IMG/VR virus record: IMGVR_UViG_3300050330_000111
Location: 1 to 43,919 of that record
DNA length: 43,919 nucleotides
Strand: one strand, 5' to 3'
DNA from: a virus
Taxonomy: Duplodnaviria; Caudoviricetes
Shown here in pieces: positions 17,728 through 27,253 of the stretch. Below the pieces are notes generated by a model. It was not told where the DNA came from, searched no databases, and was given only the letters and a program-made list of their open reading frames with translations. Made by a program: the position numbers and the translations under genes. Positions within the stretch are counted from its first letter, which is position 1; each line of letters opens with the position of its first letter.

Positions 17728-18363
17728 TTATGCCTTCGCATAGGTCTTCGCGGCAGGCATTTCTGGCCCAACCAGCACCTTGTCCGCAGCGACCGCATCT
17801 TTCGCATCGACGCCAAGATGCGTGGCCCCGACCGTATGGACCTTGTCGCTCACGATATTGACGTGGCCGTCCTTCACTTCGACCTCGCTGCTGCCGACCT
17901 TCAAGGTCGCGGTTGAACTCGTGAGCACAAGCGAAACCTTGTCATCGAGCGAGACCGTGAAACTGTCCTTCTTCTCGACAATCTTCAGCTTGCCGTATGT
18001 GGTGACGTGCTCGTCCGGCTTCTCCGACGGCGAAGGGTTCTGGTTGCTCCAGGTGAAGGGCAGAAGGACCGCCTGTCTGATTTCGCCGTTCGGCGCCATC
18101 ATCGTCATCTGCTGCCCGACGGTCGGCGGTCGATGCGCCTTGAACTCACCAGCGAGTTGAGCATACGGCACCCATGCCGACTTCAGCGGCTTGCCGTCGC
18201 GTTCTCCAATCTCAATCCGCGCCAATTGCTTCTTGGTGTCGACGTCGGTCACCTTGCCGTGCCGGAAGGTCGTATCCGCCTTCCGCTCCAACTCGGCGAC
18301 GCGCATCAACAGTCGCGCCTGCGCCTCGGTTAGGCGGTCGATCAAGTCGATCAAGTTCGCCAA
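17728..18363 (-). CDS. Baseplate spike gpV-like protein (start uncertain: TTG 18363 or ATG 18306)
   Basis: RHGKVTDVD...SAWVP...AG...PPTVGQQ...PNGE OB-fold signature followed by beta repeats. Confidence 0.85.
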   Translation of the reverse strand: MANLIDLIDRLTEAQARLLMRVAELERKADTTFRHGKVTDVDTKKQLARIEIGERDGKPLKSAWVPYAQLAGEFKAHRPPTVGQQMTMMAPNGEIRQAVLLPFTWSNQNPSPSEKPDEHVTTYGKLKIVEKKDSFTVSLDDKVSLVLTSSTATLKVGSSEVEVKDGHVNIVSDKVHTVGATHLGVDAKDAVAADKVLVGPEMPAAKTYAKA

Positions 18364-18364
18364 C

Positions 18365-19192
18365 TCACGGCTCCACGAGGCTGGTCTCGTTCTGGTCGCT
18401 GCCGACCAAGATGGCGCCATCCGAGGTGACAACGATGCTCTGCCCGGTGTCGGCATCGTCCCCTGCCAGTTGCGTCACCTCTTCTGGCACCTGGTCGTCC
18501 AGCGGGACAATCCCCAAAGCACGCACGGCACCGAGTGTCAGGCCGAGTGCGCGCTGCGTCTGCTCCCAGTCAGTCGCAGGCTCGCCAGCAGCGATCGACC
18601 GCAACAGCGGCACGAAATTCACGGTGCGCTGATCAGCCTCGAAGGCCGTAAACACCCGCTCCCACGTCTCAGGCAGGGGCATACCGGGGATCGGATCGGA
18701 GATCGGCCGAAGCTTGATCTCGAGCCGCCGCGCCGCAATCCGTGTCCCCTTCTCAATCGAGGCGCCGCGCATCGCAGACATACCGACCGAGCGCATGGCG
18801 ACCTCACGCCACAGCTCCGAGAGTGAGCCACCGCCGCACTGGAGCGTTGCCAGCGCCTGCCGCTGCAGGATGTCCAGCGTCATTTCGAGGCCTTCGTCCG
18901 TATACGGGATCATCAAATCGGCTTCGGCAGCATCCTTCTCCGGCGGCCGCGCGAAACATGCGGTTTCCAGCGCCAGCGTCACAGTTATGTCAGCACCGAT
19001 CAGGTCAAGCCCATGCACGTCCTGCCGATCCGCGTCGGCAATGTCCGTGAAGATCGCGATCACCGGGACAGGCATCGCCGAGATTTCGTTCAATGGCTCG
19101 AGCAGCGACGACCTGACCTCCTTGCCGGCCAAGGTCTGATCGGTCAGCGCGAGCACCGTCAGGTGACGCAGCACCATCGCAGCCAGGCTCAT
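18365..19192 (-). CDS. Putative tail completion/terminator protein, 275 aa
   Basis: Position between head-tail joining gene and gpV; VPVIAIFTD motif; function inferred from synteny. Confidence 0.6.
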   Translation of the reverse strand: MSLAAMVLRHLTVLALTDQTLAGKEVRSSLLEPLNEISAMPVPVIAIFTDIADADRQDVHGLDLIGADITVTLALETACFARPPEKDAAEADLMIPYTDEGLEMTLDILQRQALATLQCGGGSLSELWREVAMRSVGMSAMRGASIEKGTRIAARRLEIKLRPISDPIPGMPLPETWERVFTAFEADQRTVNFVPLLRSIAAGEPATDWEQTQRALGLTLGAVRALGIVPLDDQVPEEVTQLAGDDADTGQSIVVTSDGAILVGSDQNETSLVEP

Positions 19193-19581
19193 GCGCGCAC
19201 CAGAATGAGTGTTAACCGAACACCTGCCGGCTCAGCGGCAAGGATGTTGAAGGTTCGCTCGGCACCACCTTCGAAGATCGTCTTCAACTGGTCGCCCTTG
19301 CGCGGGCAATCTGACGCCGTGAACAACGACAGGTCGAAGGAGGCCGATGCGCCCTGCCTGGTCGCGCGGCCTTCGATTTCCTTGTGATGACGATCGCCAT
19401 CCAGAAACGTGAGCGACGGACCAGCCTCGATGAATGTGCCGACCACGTTGCGCGCCAGCCTGCCGTCGGTGGCGAGCGGCATGCCGAAGCTATCGACCGG
19501 TGCTTTGGGGATGATGCGCATCAAGACGCCGTGCGCACGGTCGACCGCGCCGTTCAAACGAGCGGCGCGGTCGGGGTTCAT
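19189..19581 (-). CDS. Putative head-tail joining protein, 130 aa
   Basis: ATG 19581 just after capsid; PRKGDQL...F.I...EP beta-barrel pattern; synteny. Confidence 0.6.
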   Translation of the reverse strand: MNPDRAARLNGAVDRAHGVLMRIIPKAPVDSFGMPLATDGRLARNVVGTFIEAGPSLTFLDGDRHHKEIEGRATRQGASASFDLSLFTASDCPRKGDQLKTIFEGGAERTFNILAAEPAGVRLTLILVRA

Positions 19582-19595
19582 AGCCTGTGGATCGC

Positions 19596-20633
19596 TCAGG
19601 GGTTCACGTTGGCCACAGCCGACAGCAGCACCTCCGGCCGCGTGCACAGACTGATGGCGTTCATCTGGATTTCCAGATTGCGGCCCTTGTCGTTCTGCAT
19701 CGCGTATTGCTTTGAGTAGCGCGGCAGACCGATCGTGTTCACCGTCTCCACGTAGTCCGCCGGAGCAAACCGCGTAATGAACAACTCCGGCACGCCTTGC
19801 ACGACAAAGCGCGCTTCATCGTCGCCGATGAATGCGCCTGCCGAATTGCCGTCAGAGGCCTGCTTGCCGGTGCGATAGCGCTCCCAGACGATACCGCCGA
19901 AATCGAAGCGGTTAACGTGCAGATTGCCGCGCAACTCCGCCGCCTGAACCGTGTTGAGGTAGGTCTCGCGCACCGTCTTGTGCTCAATCAGCTTCTTCCA
20001 GAAGCCCTTGCCGACGAAGGCATGCACGCCGGTGTACTGGTTGCCGTCCAGTTTCTCCTCGATGGCCTCGATGACGTCGAAGCAAATGGAACGAACCTTG
20101 GTCGTGTCGGTGTCGAGCTTAAACTCGATCGGCGTCGGCGCCGACAGGCCGTACAGGTTGAACAGGTCGAACATCGTGTTCCCGTTCTTGTCGGTGACGA
20201 TGCCTTTGATAGCGCCGACCCTCTGATGCTCGAGGGTCGCGTCGAGAGCCCGCACGTGTTTGCCGCTCTTCTGGTCAACCACAGCCTCGACCGTCTGAAG
20301 CGCCTGGTCAGGATTGTTGATATCGGAGCCGAAGCCGCGGACGCCCTGCACCTCGTCAGCCATAACGGCGTCGTCCCGCTGATAGTGCGGAATTTCGAAG
20401 GCGCGGATCTTGCGCTTCTCGTTGTCCGTCGTCTCGCCGGGGCCGCCGCGCGGCGTCGGCGCCACCAGCGTCAGGGTGCCATTCATTTCCTCGACAGCGA
20501 TCAGTCGGGTGGTGACGCCCTGCTCGTCGAAGATGCCGCTCGCGCCGACCTGGCCGGGCACGAACGGCATCTTGTTCACCTTCGCGGTCATCGACACGAC
20601 CGAGAAGGCGTCGTTATTGAAGATATCCAACAT
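19596..20633 (-). CDS. Major capsid protein (lambda E family)
   Basis: LDIFNNDAFSVVSMT, TPRGGPG, ATLEHQRVGAIKG, FAPADYVETVNTIGLPRY, LCTRPEVL; AGGAG RBS. Confidence 0.95.
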   Translation of the reverse strand: MLDIFNNDAFSVVSMTAKVNKMPFVPGQVGASGIFDEQGVTTRLIAVEEMNGTLTLVAPTPRGGPGETTDNEKRKIRAFEIPHYQRDDAVMADEVQGVRGFGSDINNPDQALQTVEAVVDQKSGKHVRALDATLEHQRVGAIKGIVTDKNGNTMFDLFNLYGLSAPTPIEFKLDTDTTKVRSICFDVIEAIEEKLDGNQYTGVHAFVGKGFWKKLIEHKTVRETYLNTVQAAELRGNLHVNRFDFGGIVWERYRTGKQASDGNSAGAFIGDDEARFVVQGVPELFITRFAPADYVETVNTIGLPRYSKQYAMQNDKGRNLEIQMNAISLCTRPEVLLSAVANVNP

Positions 20634-20673
20634 GGCAGTCGTTCTCCTGGTTGGCCTCTGACGTTGGATATCG

Positions 20674-21348
20674 TCAGCGGACGATGATGCCCTGCGCTGC
20701 GAGGGCGCTGATGGTTTCGGCCTTGGCGGCCGCGCTGATGCCGGCCGGCCAAGTCAGGCGCGGGCCGGCGACCTCGGCATCGCGCGTGAGACCAGCGGTG
20801 CGCGTGCCTGTTTCGGATACTCCGGTGACGACGTTGTAGAGCGCGAGAGCGAGCTTTGCGCCGGCCGGGCCGGTGTTCGGCATGACCGAATACTTCAAGT
20901 CCGCGTCCTCGACGCCGACTTTGACCGAGAAGCCCTCGCCGGCTTTGAAATCGGTCGCGCCGTCGGCGATCACAAACTTGATCTGATTGGCGAAGGCCAC
21001 GCCGACCGTCGCCTTGCCAATTGTCCGGCCTTCGGGGTCGAACACTTCGAACGTGCCGCTGTCGCTCGCCGGCTCGATGCAGACGATGCGATAGGTGCCG
21101 TTCTGCGCGCCGTCGAGCACCGGCGTCGTGGCGTCCAGCGTGATGGCGCCCGTATTGGCAGCGTTGTCGGCTTGCGCCGTTGCAGTGGACGTCACACCGG
21201 CCGCGATGACTGCCGCGACGAGGATCGCGCCGGCAACGATGTTCTGCGACGCCGCGAGCAGCAGGTTGTCGCGCGAACGATGAAAGTTCGCCTCGGACAG
21301 AATGAACTCGACCGCGTGGCGGCCTTCCGTGAAGCTCTGGTTCAACAT
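20674..21348 (-). CDS. Head decoration protein with inserted ~95-aa domain, 224 aa
   Basis: ATG 21348; TEGRHAVEFILSEANFHRSRD N-terminus and RDAEV...LTWP...LAAQGIIVR C-terminus; directly upstream of capsid. Confidence 0.88.
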   Translation of the reverse strand: MLNQSFTEGRHAVEFILSEANFHRSRDNLLLAASQNIVAGAILVAAVIAAGVTSTATAQADNAANTGAITLDATTPVLDGAQNGTYRIVCIEPASDSGTFEVFDPEGRTIGKATVGVAFANQIKFVIADGATDFKAGEGFSVKVGVEDADLKYSVMPNTGPAGAKLALALYNVVTGVSETGTRTAGLTRDAEVAGPRLTWPAGISAAAKAETISALAAQGIIVR

Positions 21349-21400
21349 TTTCGGGGCTCCGAATTGATGGGCGGTTTCGTCAGCGATTGACAGCCGGCCG

Positions 21401-21790
21401 CTAGCCGGCGGCCGCCTTCTGACGGTTGCGATAGATGTCCGATGCGCTGATCTGCGCAGCGGTCTTCGACGTGGACGGTACCTCGAGGGTCGAAATGCCC
21501 ATGGGCCCGCGGCCAGCGCCAGGCTTCGCGGGCGACGACGCGGCAGCTTCCGCCGGCAGCGTCGCGAGGACGCCATCGATCTGCTCGGCCGTCATATCGG
21601 TCGAGACCAGCATCTTCTGCGCTGCCGCCTCACGACCGCGGTAGTGCTCCGATCCGAACACGGCCTTGAAACGCTCACGTTCCGCCGTGGCGCCGGCCTT
21701 GGTGCCTTCCGCGCGCGCGGCGTTGACCGCACGCTCGTGATCGATCTGAGAGATACCCGCGTTCGGGGCGGGCTGGTCGTTGGTGTCCAT
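21401..21790 (-). CDS. Nested in-frame scaffolding protein (Nu3-like), 129 aa
   Basis: Internal ATG 21790 (MDTNDQ) with AGGAG 8 nt upstream; AERERFKAV scaffold motif. Confidence 0.65.
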   Translation of the reverse strand: MDTNDQPAPNAGISQIDHERAVNAARAEGTKAGATAERERFKAVFGSEHYRGREAAAQKMLVSTDMTAEQIDGVLATLPAEAAASSPAKPGAGRGPMGISTLEVPSTSKTAAQISASDIYRNRQKAAAG

Positions 21791-22681
21791 CGCAATGCTC
21801 CTGTGCTGGACGGTTGTGCGCCCACCGGCGCGGGAAAGCTCGGTAAGTACGCTCTCGAATGAGCCGACGCGATCGGCGAGGCCTGCGGTCACAGCGGCCG
21901 CGCCGATGAAGGTCCGCGCCTCAGTGGCGCGTGCCGCGGCCGCGGTCAGCCGGGCGCCGCGTCCCTTCGCGACCGTGGCGAGGAAGGCGTCGTAGAAGGC
22001 GTTCACCTCGGCCTGCAGGTCCTCGCGCACCGCATCCGACAGCGGCTCGAACGGATTACCGTCGACCTTGTGGGCGCCGGCATGGATCAGCGTCGGCGTG
22101 ACACCTTCGCGGTCAAGTTGGCGGCTGAAGTCCGCGTGCAGCAACACCACGCCGATCGAGCCGGATACGCCGGTTTCGGTTGTGACGATCTCGGTGGCGC
22201 CAGATGCAATGCCATACATCGCGGATGCCGCCATGCCATTGACGACGGCGACCGTCCTCTTCCGCTGCGCAACTTCGCGCACGATCGCAGCAGTCTCGAA
22301 TGCGCCAACGGCTTCGCCTCCCGGTGAGTGCGCGTCGATGATGACCGAGTGAACGTCCTTGTCCTTGAGGGCGCTCTTGAGCTGGAACTGGATGCCCTCG
22401 TAGCTCGTAAGGCCGGAGCTTGCTCCAACCCATGCACCGCGGTTCACCAGCGAGCCCGTGATGGTGATGATGCCAACCCCGCCCGACACACGGTACGGTT
22501 TGTAGCCGACAACACGTCCGTTCTCGTCGCGCTCCGTCGGCGTACCCTCGAACCGGCTTGCCTCTGGCGCGTTGACGCCGATCCGGCCAGCGAGGACTGA
22601 AAGGATCACTTGCGCCTTGTCGCGCGTGACCAGCAAGGGCCGGTTCAAAACACGGTCGGCGATATGCACTAGGCTGTTCAT
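21401..22681 (-). CDS. S49 family prohead protease (lambda C-like)
   Basis: ATG 22681; HSPGGE, MAASAMY, GSIGV, GAHKVDGNPFEPL, AGLADRVG. Confidence 0.93.
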   Translation of the reverse strand: MNSLVHIADRVLNRPLLVTRDKAQVILSVLAGRIGVNAPEASRFEGTPTERDENGRVVGYKPYRVSGGVGIITITGSLVNRGAWVGASSGLTSYEGIQFQLKSALKDKDVHSVIIDAHSPGGEAVGAFETAAIVREVAQRKRTVAVVNGMAASAMYGIASGATEIVTTETGVSGSIGVVLLHADFSRQLDREGVTPTLIHAGAHKVDGNPFEPLSDAVREDLQAEVNAFYDAFLATVAKGRGARLTAAAARATEARTFIGAAAVTAGLADRVGSFESVLTELSRAGGRTTVQHRSIAMDTNDQPAPNAGISQIDHERAVNAARAEGTKAGATAERERFKAVFGSEHYRGREAAAQKMLVSTDMTAEQIDGVLATLPAEAAASSPAKPGAGRGPMGISTLEVPSTSKTAAQISASDIYRNRQKAAAG

Positions 22682-22688
22682 AGCGACC

Positions 22689-22952
22689 TCAGCAGTTGGG
22701 CCAGCGAGAGCCGCCGAGGCCGATGGCAAAACGCCGAGGCGCCGGCATTACCCCATTCGCGCGCTGGCACTCGTCCTCGGCCGCCTGCCACTCGGCTTTC
22801 AGGCGCGCGAGGTCGGCCTTGCCAAATTTCACGACTTGGCCGCCTTCCCCGGCGCGGACCTCGATCTCAATCTCGTGCTGGCCTGACAGCACGCGATAGT
22901 AAGCGTCGCGCAGCGCGGCCGCGCGCTGACACGGATTGGTCCAGTCGGTCAT
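22689..22952 (-). CDS. gpW-like head completion protein, 87 aa
   Basis: ATG 22952; PC.RAAALRDAYYRVLSG...VKFGKADLARL...RRFAI. Confidence 0.75.
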   Translation of the reverse strand: MTDWTNPCQRAAALRDAYYRVLSGQHEIEIEVRAGEGGQVVKFGKADLARLKAEWQAAEDECQRANGVMPAPRRFAIGLGGSRWPNC

Positions 22953-22956
22953 TACG

Positions 22957-24582
22957 TCATTCCTTCGCTGGCGCGTCCGGCTCGGCAAGCAACTGATCGC
23001 CGAGATCGTCCTTGGCGATGCTGGCCGCGTCGGTTTCCGGCAGGCCGAGGCGCTCGCGCTCGGAGCGCTCGCGCGCACGTTGCTCCATCACGTCCTGCCA
23101 GTCCGATCCGAGCTCGGCGCAGATCTGCTCGTCAGTGAGGACGCCCATGTTTCGCAGCGTCTCGTAAGCCTTCGCCATCTTAAGCCAGTCGCCTTGCGGC
23201 TTCGCGGGGCCGCGCCAATGGCTGCGGCACGCCGCGCGGCGGTTGGCGCGAAATGCCTCGATCCCGCCCGGGAAGCCCTGACGCCCCGTCTCGATCATCT
23301 CCTCCAGCCAACCCTCGTAGACCGGCTGCACCAGTGGCGCCGCGACGAACAATCGCCTCATCAGCGTGATCGGCCAAACCACCGCGCTCGCCATGTTGAT
23401 CGAGGCGTAGGTAGCTCCAGCGTAATCCCCCGTCGCTTCCTCAAACGTCATGCCGGCACAGCGCGAGATTTCCCGCAGCAGCAGCTTCGCGAAAGGCTGG
23501 TAGTTGTCGTGGGGCGTCTGAGTGCTGTTGAACTTCAACTGTTCGCCCGGGAACAGGTGGGCGATCTTTCCGTGTTGGCCGAGGTCGATGCGTGTCCCGT
23601 TGTGGAACGCAAGCTTTGCCTCGAGGAAGTCCTCAATCGACCATCCGGCGCCCTGCTCGCCCGGGCTTTGCAACCCCTGCATGACGTCGAGTGTCGGCGC
23701 CGAGCTTTCGACGGTCGCCGAGAAGATCGTCTGCAACAGCGACGTGGTGAGGGTCGCGTCCGAGAGCTGATCAAACTGCCTGACCAGGAGCAACGATGGA
23801 GCGAACTCCGAAATGCCGCGGACCGTCCCGACCTCGCCGTTGAAGATGTGCAGCACCTGCTTGCGGTTCATGCCGTCACGCGCCGGAATGACAGCGGGCG
23901 CTTCCATGTTCGCGCCGCTGATCCGGAGCATGATCCGGTAGGCTAGCGGGAAGTCCCAAGCATCGTGATAGACGCCCTGGAACAGACGCACGCCATCGCT
24001 CTCCTGGGTCAACTTGTGCGGTGGCAGCAGTTTCAGCTTCAGACGCGTCTCGCTTGCCGCCCGCTCGATCATCGGCAGCAGCGCGAGGACCTCGCCGTAA
24101 GCAAAGTTCGATCGCAGCGCCGCCTCGGTCATTTGGCCGAGTGTGTGCTTCCCCGAGGCATCGACCTCTTCGGCGCAGTTCGCGTAGTCTTCAAAGCCCG
24201 CTTCAACCTCTTGCGACCATGTATTGGCGGCCTTGATGTCGCCGCCGAACAGCTTCACGTCCGGTTTCGCGGCCAGGCTCAGCCCGGTGCCGATCGCCGA
24301 GGCGATGGCCTGACGCACCATCCCGGCGAGCCAGCCGCTGTTGTGTACGGCATCGATCACGCGCGCCGCGGAGCGGATGTAGCCCTGCAAGACATCCTGC
24401 CGGCCGTCGCGGAGCGCTGGCGTCCAGCCGAGGAAAAACGAATTCAGCGGTGCGCCGCTGTGCAGATAGTCCCCTCGCATGTACGACGCCGTCGGCGCCG
24501 GCCGGCCCGGCGCGCCGGAAGGACGGATGCGTCCATCCGTGCCCACGCGGACGCGCGGCTTCGCCACGGCGTTTGTCGTCAT
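22957..24582 (-). CDS. Portal protein, lambda family
   Basis: AIGTGL, YGEVLA, VLHIF...VRGIS, HLFPGE, TGDYAGATYAS, WRGP; after terminase. Confidence 0.93.
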   Translation of the reverse strand: MTTNAVAKPRVRVGTDGRIRPSGAPGRPAPTASYMRGDYLHSGAPLNSFFLGWTPALRDGRQDVLQGYIRSAARVIDAVHNSGWLAGMVRQAIASAIGTGLSLAAKPDVKLFGGDIKAANTWSQEVEAGFEDYANCAEEVDASGKHTLGQMTEAALRSNFAYGEVLALLPMIERAASETRLKLKLLPPHKLTQESDGVRLFQGVYHDAWDFPLAYRIMLRISGANMEAPAVIPARDGMNRKQVLHIFNGEVGTVRGISEFAPSLLLVRQFDQLSDATLTTSLLQTIFSATVESSAPTLDVMQGLQSPGEQGAGWSIEDFLEAKLAFHNGTRIDLGQHGKIAHLFPGEQLKFNSTQTPHDNYQPFAKLLLREISRCAGMTFEEATGDYAGATYASINMASAVVWPITLMRRLFVAAPLVQPVYEGWLEEMIETGRQGFPGGIEAFRANRRAACRSHWRGPAKPQGDWLKMAKAYETLRNMGVLTDEQICAELGSDWQDVMEQRARERSERERLGLPETDAASIAKDDLGDQLLAEPDAPAKE

Positions 24583-24592
24583 GCGCAATCCT

Positions 24593-26611
24593 TCAACGGT
24601 TCAGCCGCGCCGCGAGATCAGCGAAGCGCGAGAACTTCGGAGCTGCGGCCACCGCCGCTGGCACCGGAGCGGTGCTTTCAGGTTCTGGCTTCGGCATTGC
24701 AGTTCGCCGTGCGCCCTGACGCAGGTGATGCACGTTCAGCATGTAGCCCGCCGCCGCCTGCATAGCCTCGCAGTCGAGAAAGTGGTTCTCTGCCGAACGC
24801 TTGACCCATTGCGCCTTGCCGCTATCGGTGATGACCCGCGCCTCCGCGACCAACTGGCGGCAGTAGTCCTCGGTGATGCCTTCCGGCAGATGCCAGGCAC
24901 CGGGCTGATCCAGCGGCCATGACAGCCGTTCGTGCACCCACGACTTCCAGTAGTCTGGGTCAAGCCGGATCAGATCGAGGCCATACTTCGCGATCTCGCC
25001 CTGCCGCGTTACCTCGGGCTTCGACTTCACCAGCGGCTTCAGCATCGGTATCGATGAGCCTTTTGTCGGGTAGACGAAGCGACGGAAGCGCCGGCAGAAC
25101 TGATACACCCTGTTCACAGGCACCGGTGTCGGTTTGCCAGGTCGAAATCCGCTGTCGATGAACGCCAGGTTGATCAGCGTGTCGTCGATCGGCGTCGTCA
25201 GCTTCTCGGCGAGCGCCCGCCACACTGCGGTCTCTGCTGGATCGCCGAATAGATAGCCGAACTCGACCAGCCAAGACGTTGCTTGCGGACCCCAAGCGCG
25301 GATCACAAATGGCAGCCGATCTTTCTGCACGTCGACCGTCATGGTCAGGTGCACCGCTGCTTCCGGCATGCGGAGCAGTGGATACGGCTCGGCGCGCGCC
25401 GCGATCTCCCGCCACGGCGGCACGTCGCCGCCGATCGGCGACCAGAGCTCTCCCGTCTTGTTGACCGCGCCCTGGCGGCCCTCGCTGTCACCCGACTGCT
25501 CGGCGAACAGTACCTCCTCGACACGCTCGCCCCATGTCACGAATGGCGATGCAAGGCCGGAGACCCACAGCGACAACATGCTGTTGTCCGGCAGATCGGC
25601 CTCGAGGATGTATCCACCTTCATCGATCGCCATGCCGGGAGCGACGAAACCTCCTAACGGACCGCCAAATTTGAGCGAGTAGGCGTTCATCGCCGCCTTC
25701 TCGCTCTCGGCGATCACGCAACCGTTGTTCGGGCACTCCAACCAAGTCTGATTGCGCGCCTGTGACGGCGTCGCGCCCTTCGGATACCGCAGTAGGCTCA
25801 TCCTAGGGATGAACCATTGCGAACAATGCGGACAGCGCCAGGCGAAGTGATGCCGTGTGCCAGTCTGCCACATCGCCCAGATCGGGCTCTCGATGTCGGC
25901 CGGGTCCGCCATCTTCCAGAACTCCAGCCCGGTCCACGCATCCTTCTCCGTCTCGACCACGCCGCGCTTTGGCGTGGACGTCACCGCGATTTTGCGGTCG
26001 CGGTACGTGTCGGCGCGTGCCTTGGCCAGGGTGAAGGGGCTGCCCTCCCCCTTCACACCGCCGACCATCTTGTCGAATTCGTCGATGTAGACGTCACCGG
26101 CTTGATCCGATGCCAGCGATGTCGCGGATCCTGCCCACGCCAGGCGCACCGACACGCCGGCCACCGTCTTGCGGGTCTTCTTGTTCCGCTTGCCGCGCGC
26201 CACGAGCGGCGCCAACAGTTCAGCCTCATCGAACAACCGCATCAAGCGCGGCTCGAATTGCTCCGTGACGAAATCCTTTGACGGCCCGACGTAGAGCTGC
26301 GGCCGCGGACGGGTCGCAAGACGCCAGCCCATCACGTCGAGAATGCCATCTGTCTTCGACATCTGCGTGCCGGTGATCAGCGCGCAAACCTCGTATCGCG
26401 TGTCCTCGAAAAACCGTTCGAACGGGACGATGTATGGCGTCAGATCAGGATTGCGGCGCCCCGGCACGCCCGCGCTTGGGGGATAGACGCGATTTTCTCG
26501 ACCCCACTCGTCCGGCTTGAACTTCTGCCTTGGCTGCCAAAGGTCCGCCAGCCGCCTTAACGCGATCAGCCGCGTTGGCTGCTCGCTTGCTGGCCTCTCC
26601 GAACGCAGCAT
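24593..26611 (-). CDS. Terminase large subunit (GpA family)
   Basis: TQMSKT Walker A variant, YIDEFD Walker B, TSTP, CPHC, VDVQ, FIDSG, NHFLDCE. Confidence 0.95.
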   Translation of the reverse strand: MLRSERPASEQPTRLIALRRLADLWQPRQKFKPDEWGRENRVYPPSAGVPGRRNPDLTPYIVPFERFFEDTRYEVCALITGTQMSKTDGILDVMGWRLATRPRPQLYVGPSKDFVTEQFEPRLMRLFDEAELLAPLVARGKRNKKTRKTVAGVSVRLAWAGSATSLASDQAGDVYIDEFDKMVGGVKGEGSPFTLAKARADTYRDRKIAVTSTPKRGVVETEKDAWTGLEFWKMADPADIESPIWAMWQTGTRHHFAWRCPHCSQWFIPRMSLLRYPKGATPSQARNQTWLECPNNGCVIAESEKAAMNAYSLKFGGPLGGFVAPGMAIDEGGYILEADLPDNSMLSLWVSGLASPFVTWGERVEEVLFAEQSGDSEGRQGAVNKTGELWSPIGGDVPPWREIAARAEPYPLLRMPEAAVHLTMTVDVQKDRLPFVIRAWGPQATSWLVEFGYLFGDPAETAVWRALAEKLTTPIDDTLINLAFIDSGFRPGKPTPVPVNRVYQFCRRFRRFVYPTKGSSIPMLKPLVKSKPEVTRQGEIAKYGLDLIRLDPDYWKSWVHERLSWPLDQPGAWHLPEGITEDYCRQLVAEARVITDSGKAQWVKRSAENHFLDCEAMQAAAGYMLNVHHLRQGARRTAMPKPEPESTAPVPAAVAAAPKFSRFADLAARLNR

Positions 26612-27038
26612 CAATCCTATCCTCGATCGACCGGCGGAGCGCGATATCTCCCGTCACCTGCGCCGGGATCGCCATCAGATCGGCGCGCAGTTGGCCGGCA
26701 AATTCATCGATGACGTGCAGTGCATCCTGCTGCGCCTCAATGAGCATCGTTTTCTTGCGGTCGAGCGTTCGGACGCGGATTTCTTCGGCCCGCTCGTCCT
26801 GCAACCGGCTGTGCGCCGCAGATTTGCTCGATCGCCGGTCTTCAGCATCGCGTGCGCGCAGCGCTCCCGAGGCCACCTCGACCGCCAAATACCGGCCGTC
26901 TACGGGATCTGGGATGAAGCCGTCCTTCACCAACTGCCGGACGTGCTGGATCGATTTTCCGATCAGTCGGCCGGCGTCGTAGAGGCCGATCCGCAGCCCA
27001 TCGAGTGGCGATTTCTTACCTTCCGCGTTCCTCGCCAT
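26445..27038 (-). CDS. Terminase small subunit (Nu1-like), 197 aa
   Basis: ATG 27038; N-terminal wHTH (AGRLIGKSIQHVRQLVKDG), helical LMAIPAQV region; overlaps the GpA start by ~167 nt. Confidence 0.8.
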   Translation of the reverse strand: MARNAEGKKSPLDGLRIGLYDAGRLIGKSIQHVRQLVKDGFIPDPVDGRYLAVEVASGALRARDAEDRRSSKSAAHSRLQDERAEEIRVRTLDRKKTMLIEAQQDALHVIDEFAGQLRADLMAIPAQVTGDIALRRSIEDRIDAAFGEASKRAANAADRVKAAGGPLAAKAEVQAGRVGSRKSRLSPKRGRAGAPQS

Positions 27039-27090
27039 CGGCTTGACCAAACCCCGAGTTTCAAAAACGCAAAAATGCGCGAATTCCGGG

Positions 27091-27131
27091 GGGCGGCGAC
27101 CCCGCACCTCTCGACGCGTTCAAACGGTCCC
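27091..27131 (-). other. Putative cos site (cosQ-like 27131-27125; 12-nt cohesive end 27102-27091)
   Basis: Plus strand GGGCGGCGACCC is 11/12 identical to lambda GGGCGGCGACCT; minus-strand GGGACCG starts 29 nt upstream; just upstream of TerS. Confidence 0.7.
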
Positions 27132-27253
27132 TTGAGCATCCGCTTTGGATGGCATCTCGGTCGACCAGCAGAGGCCTGCCATTGGACAATCGACAGAGGT
27201 GCTGGCGCGAGAGCTTCCGATGCCGCGCGCACAGGCGCGCGGCTCTGGCCATC

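Noticed and set aside
20674-21576. Extended N-termini given by the ORF track (also 1..630, 1542..2168, 35127..36977, 41555..42391)
   Set aside because: Extensions overlap upstream genes and are Arg-rich noise; starts reassigned by RBS and coupling
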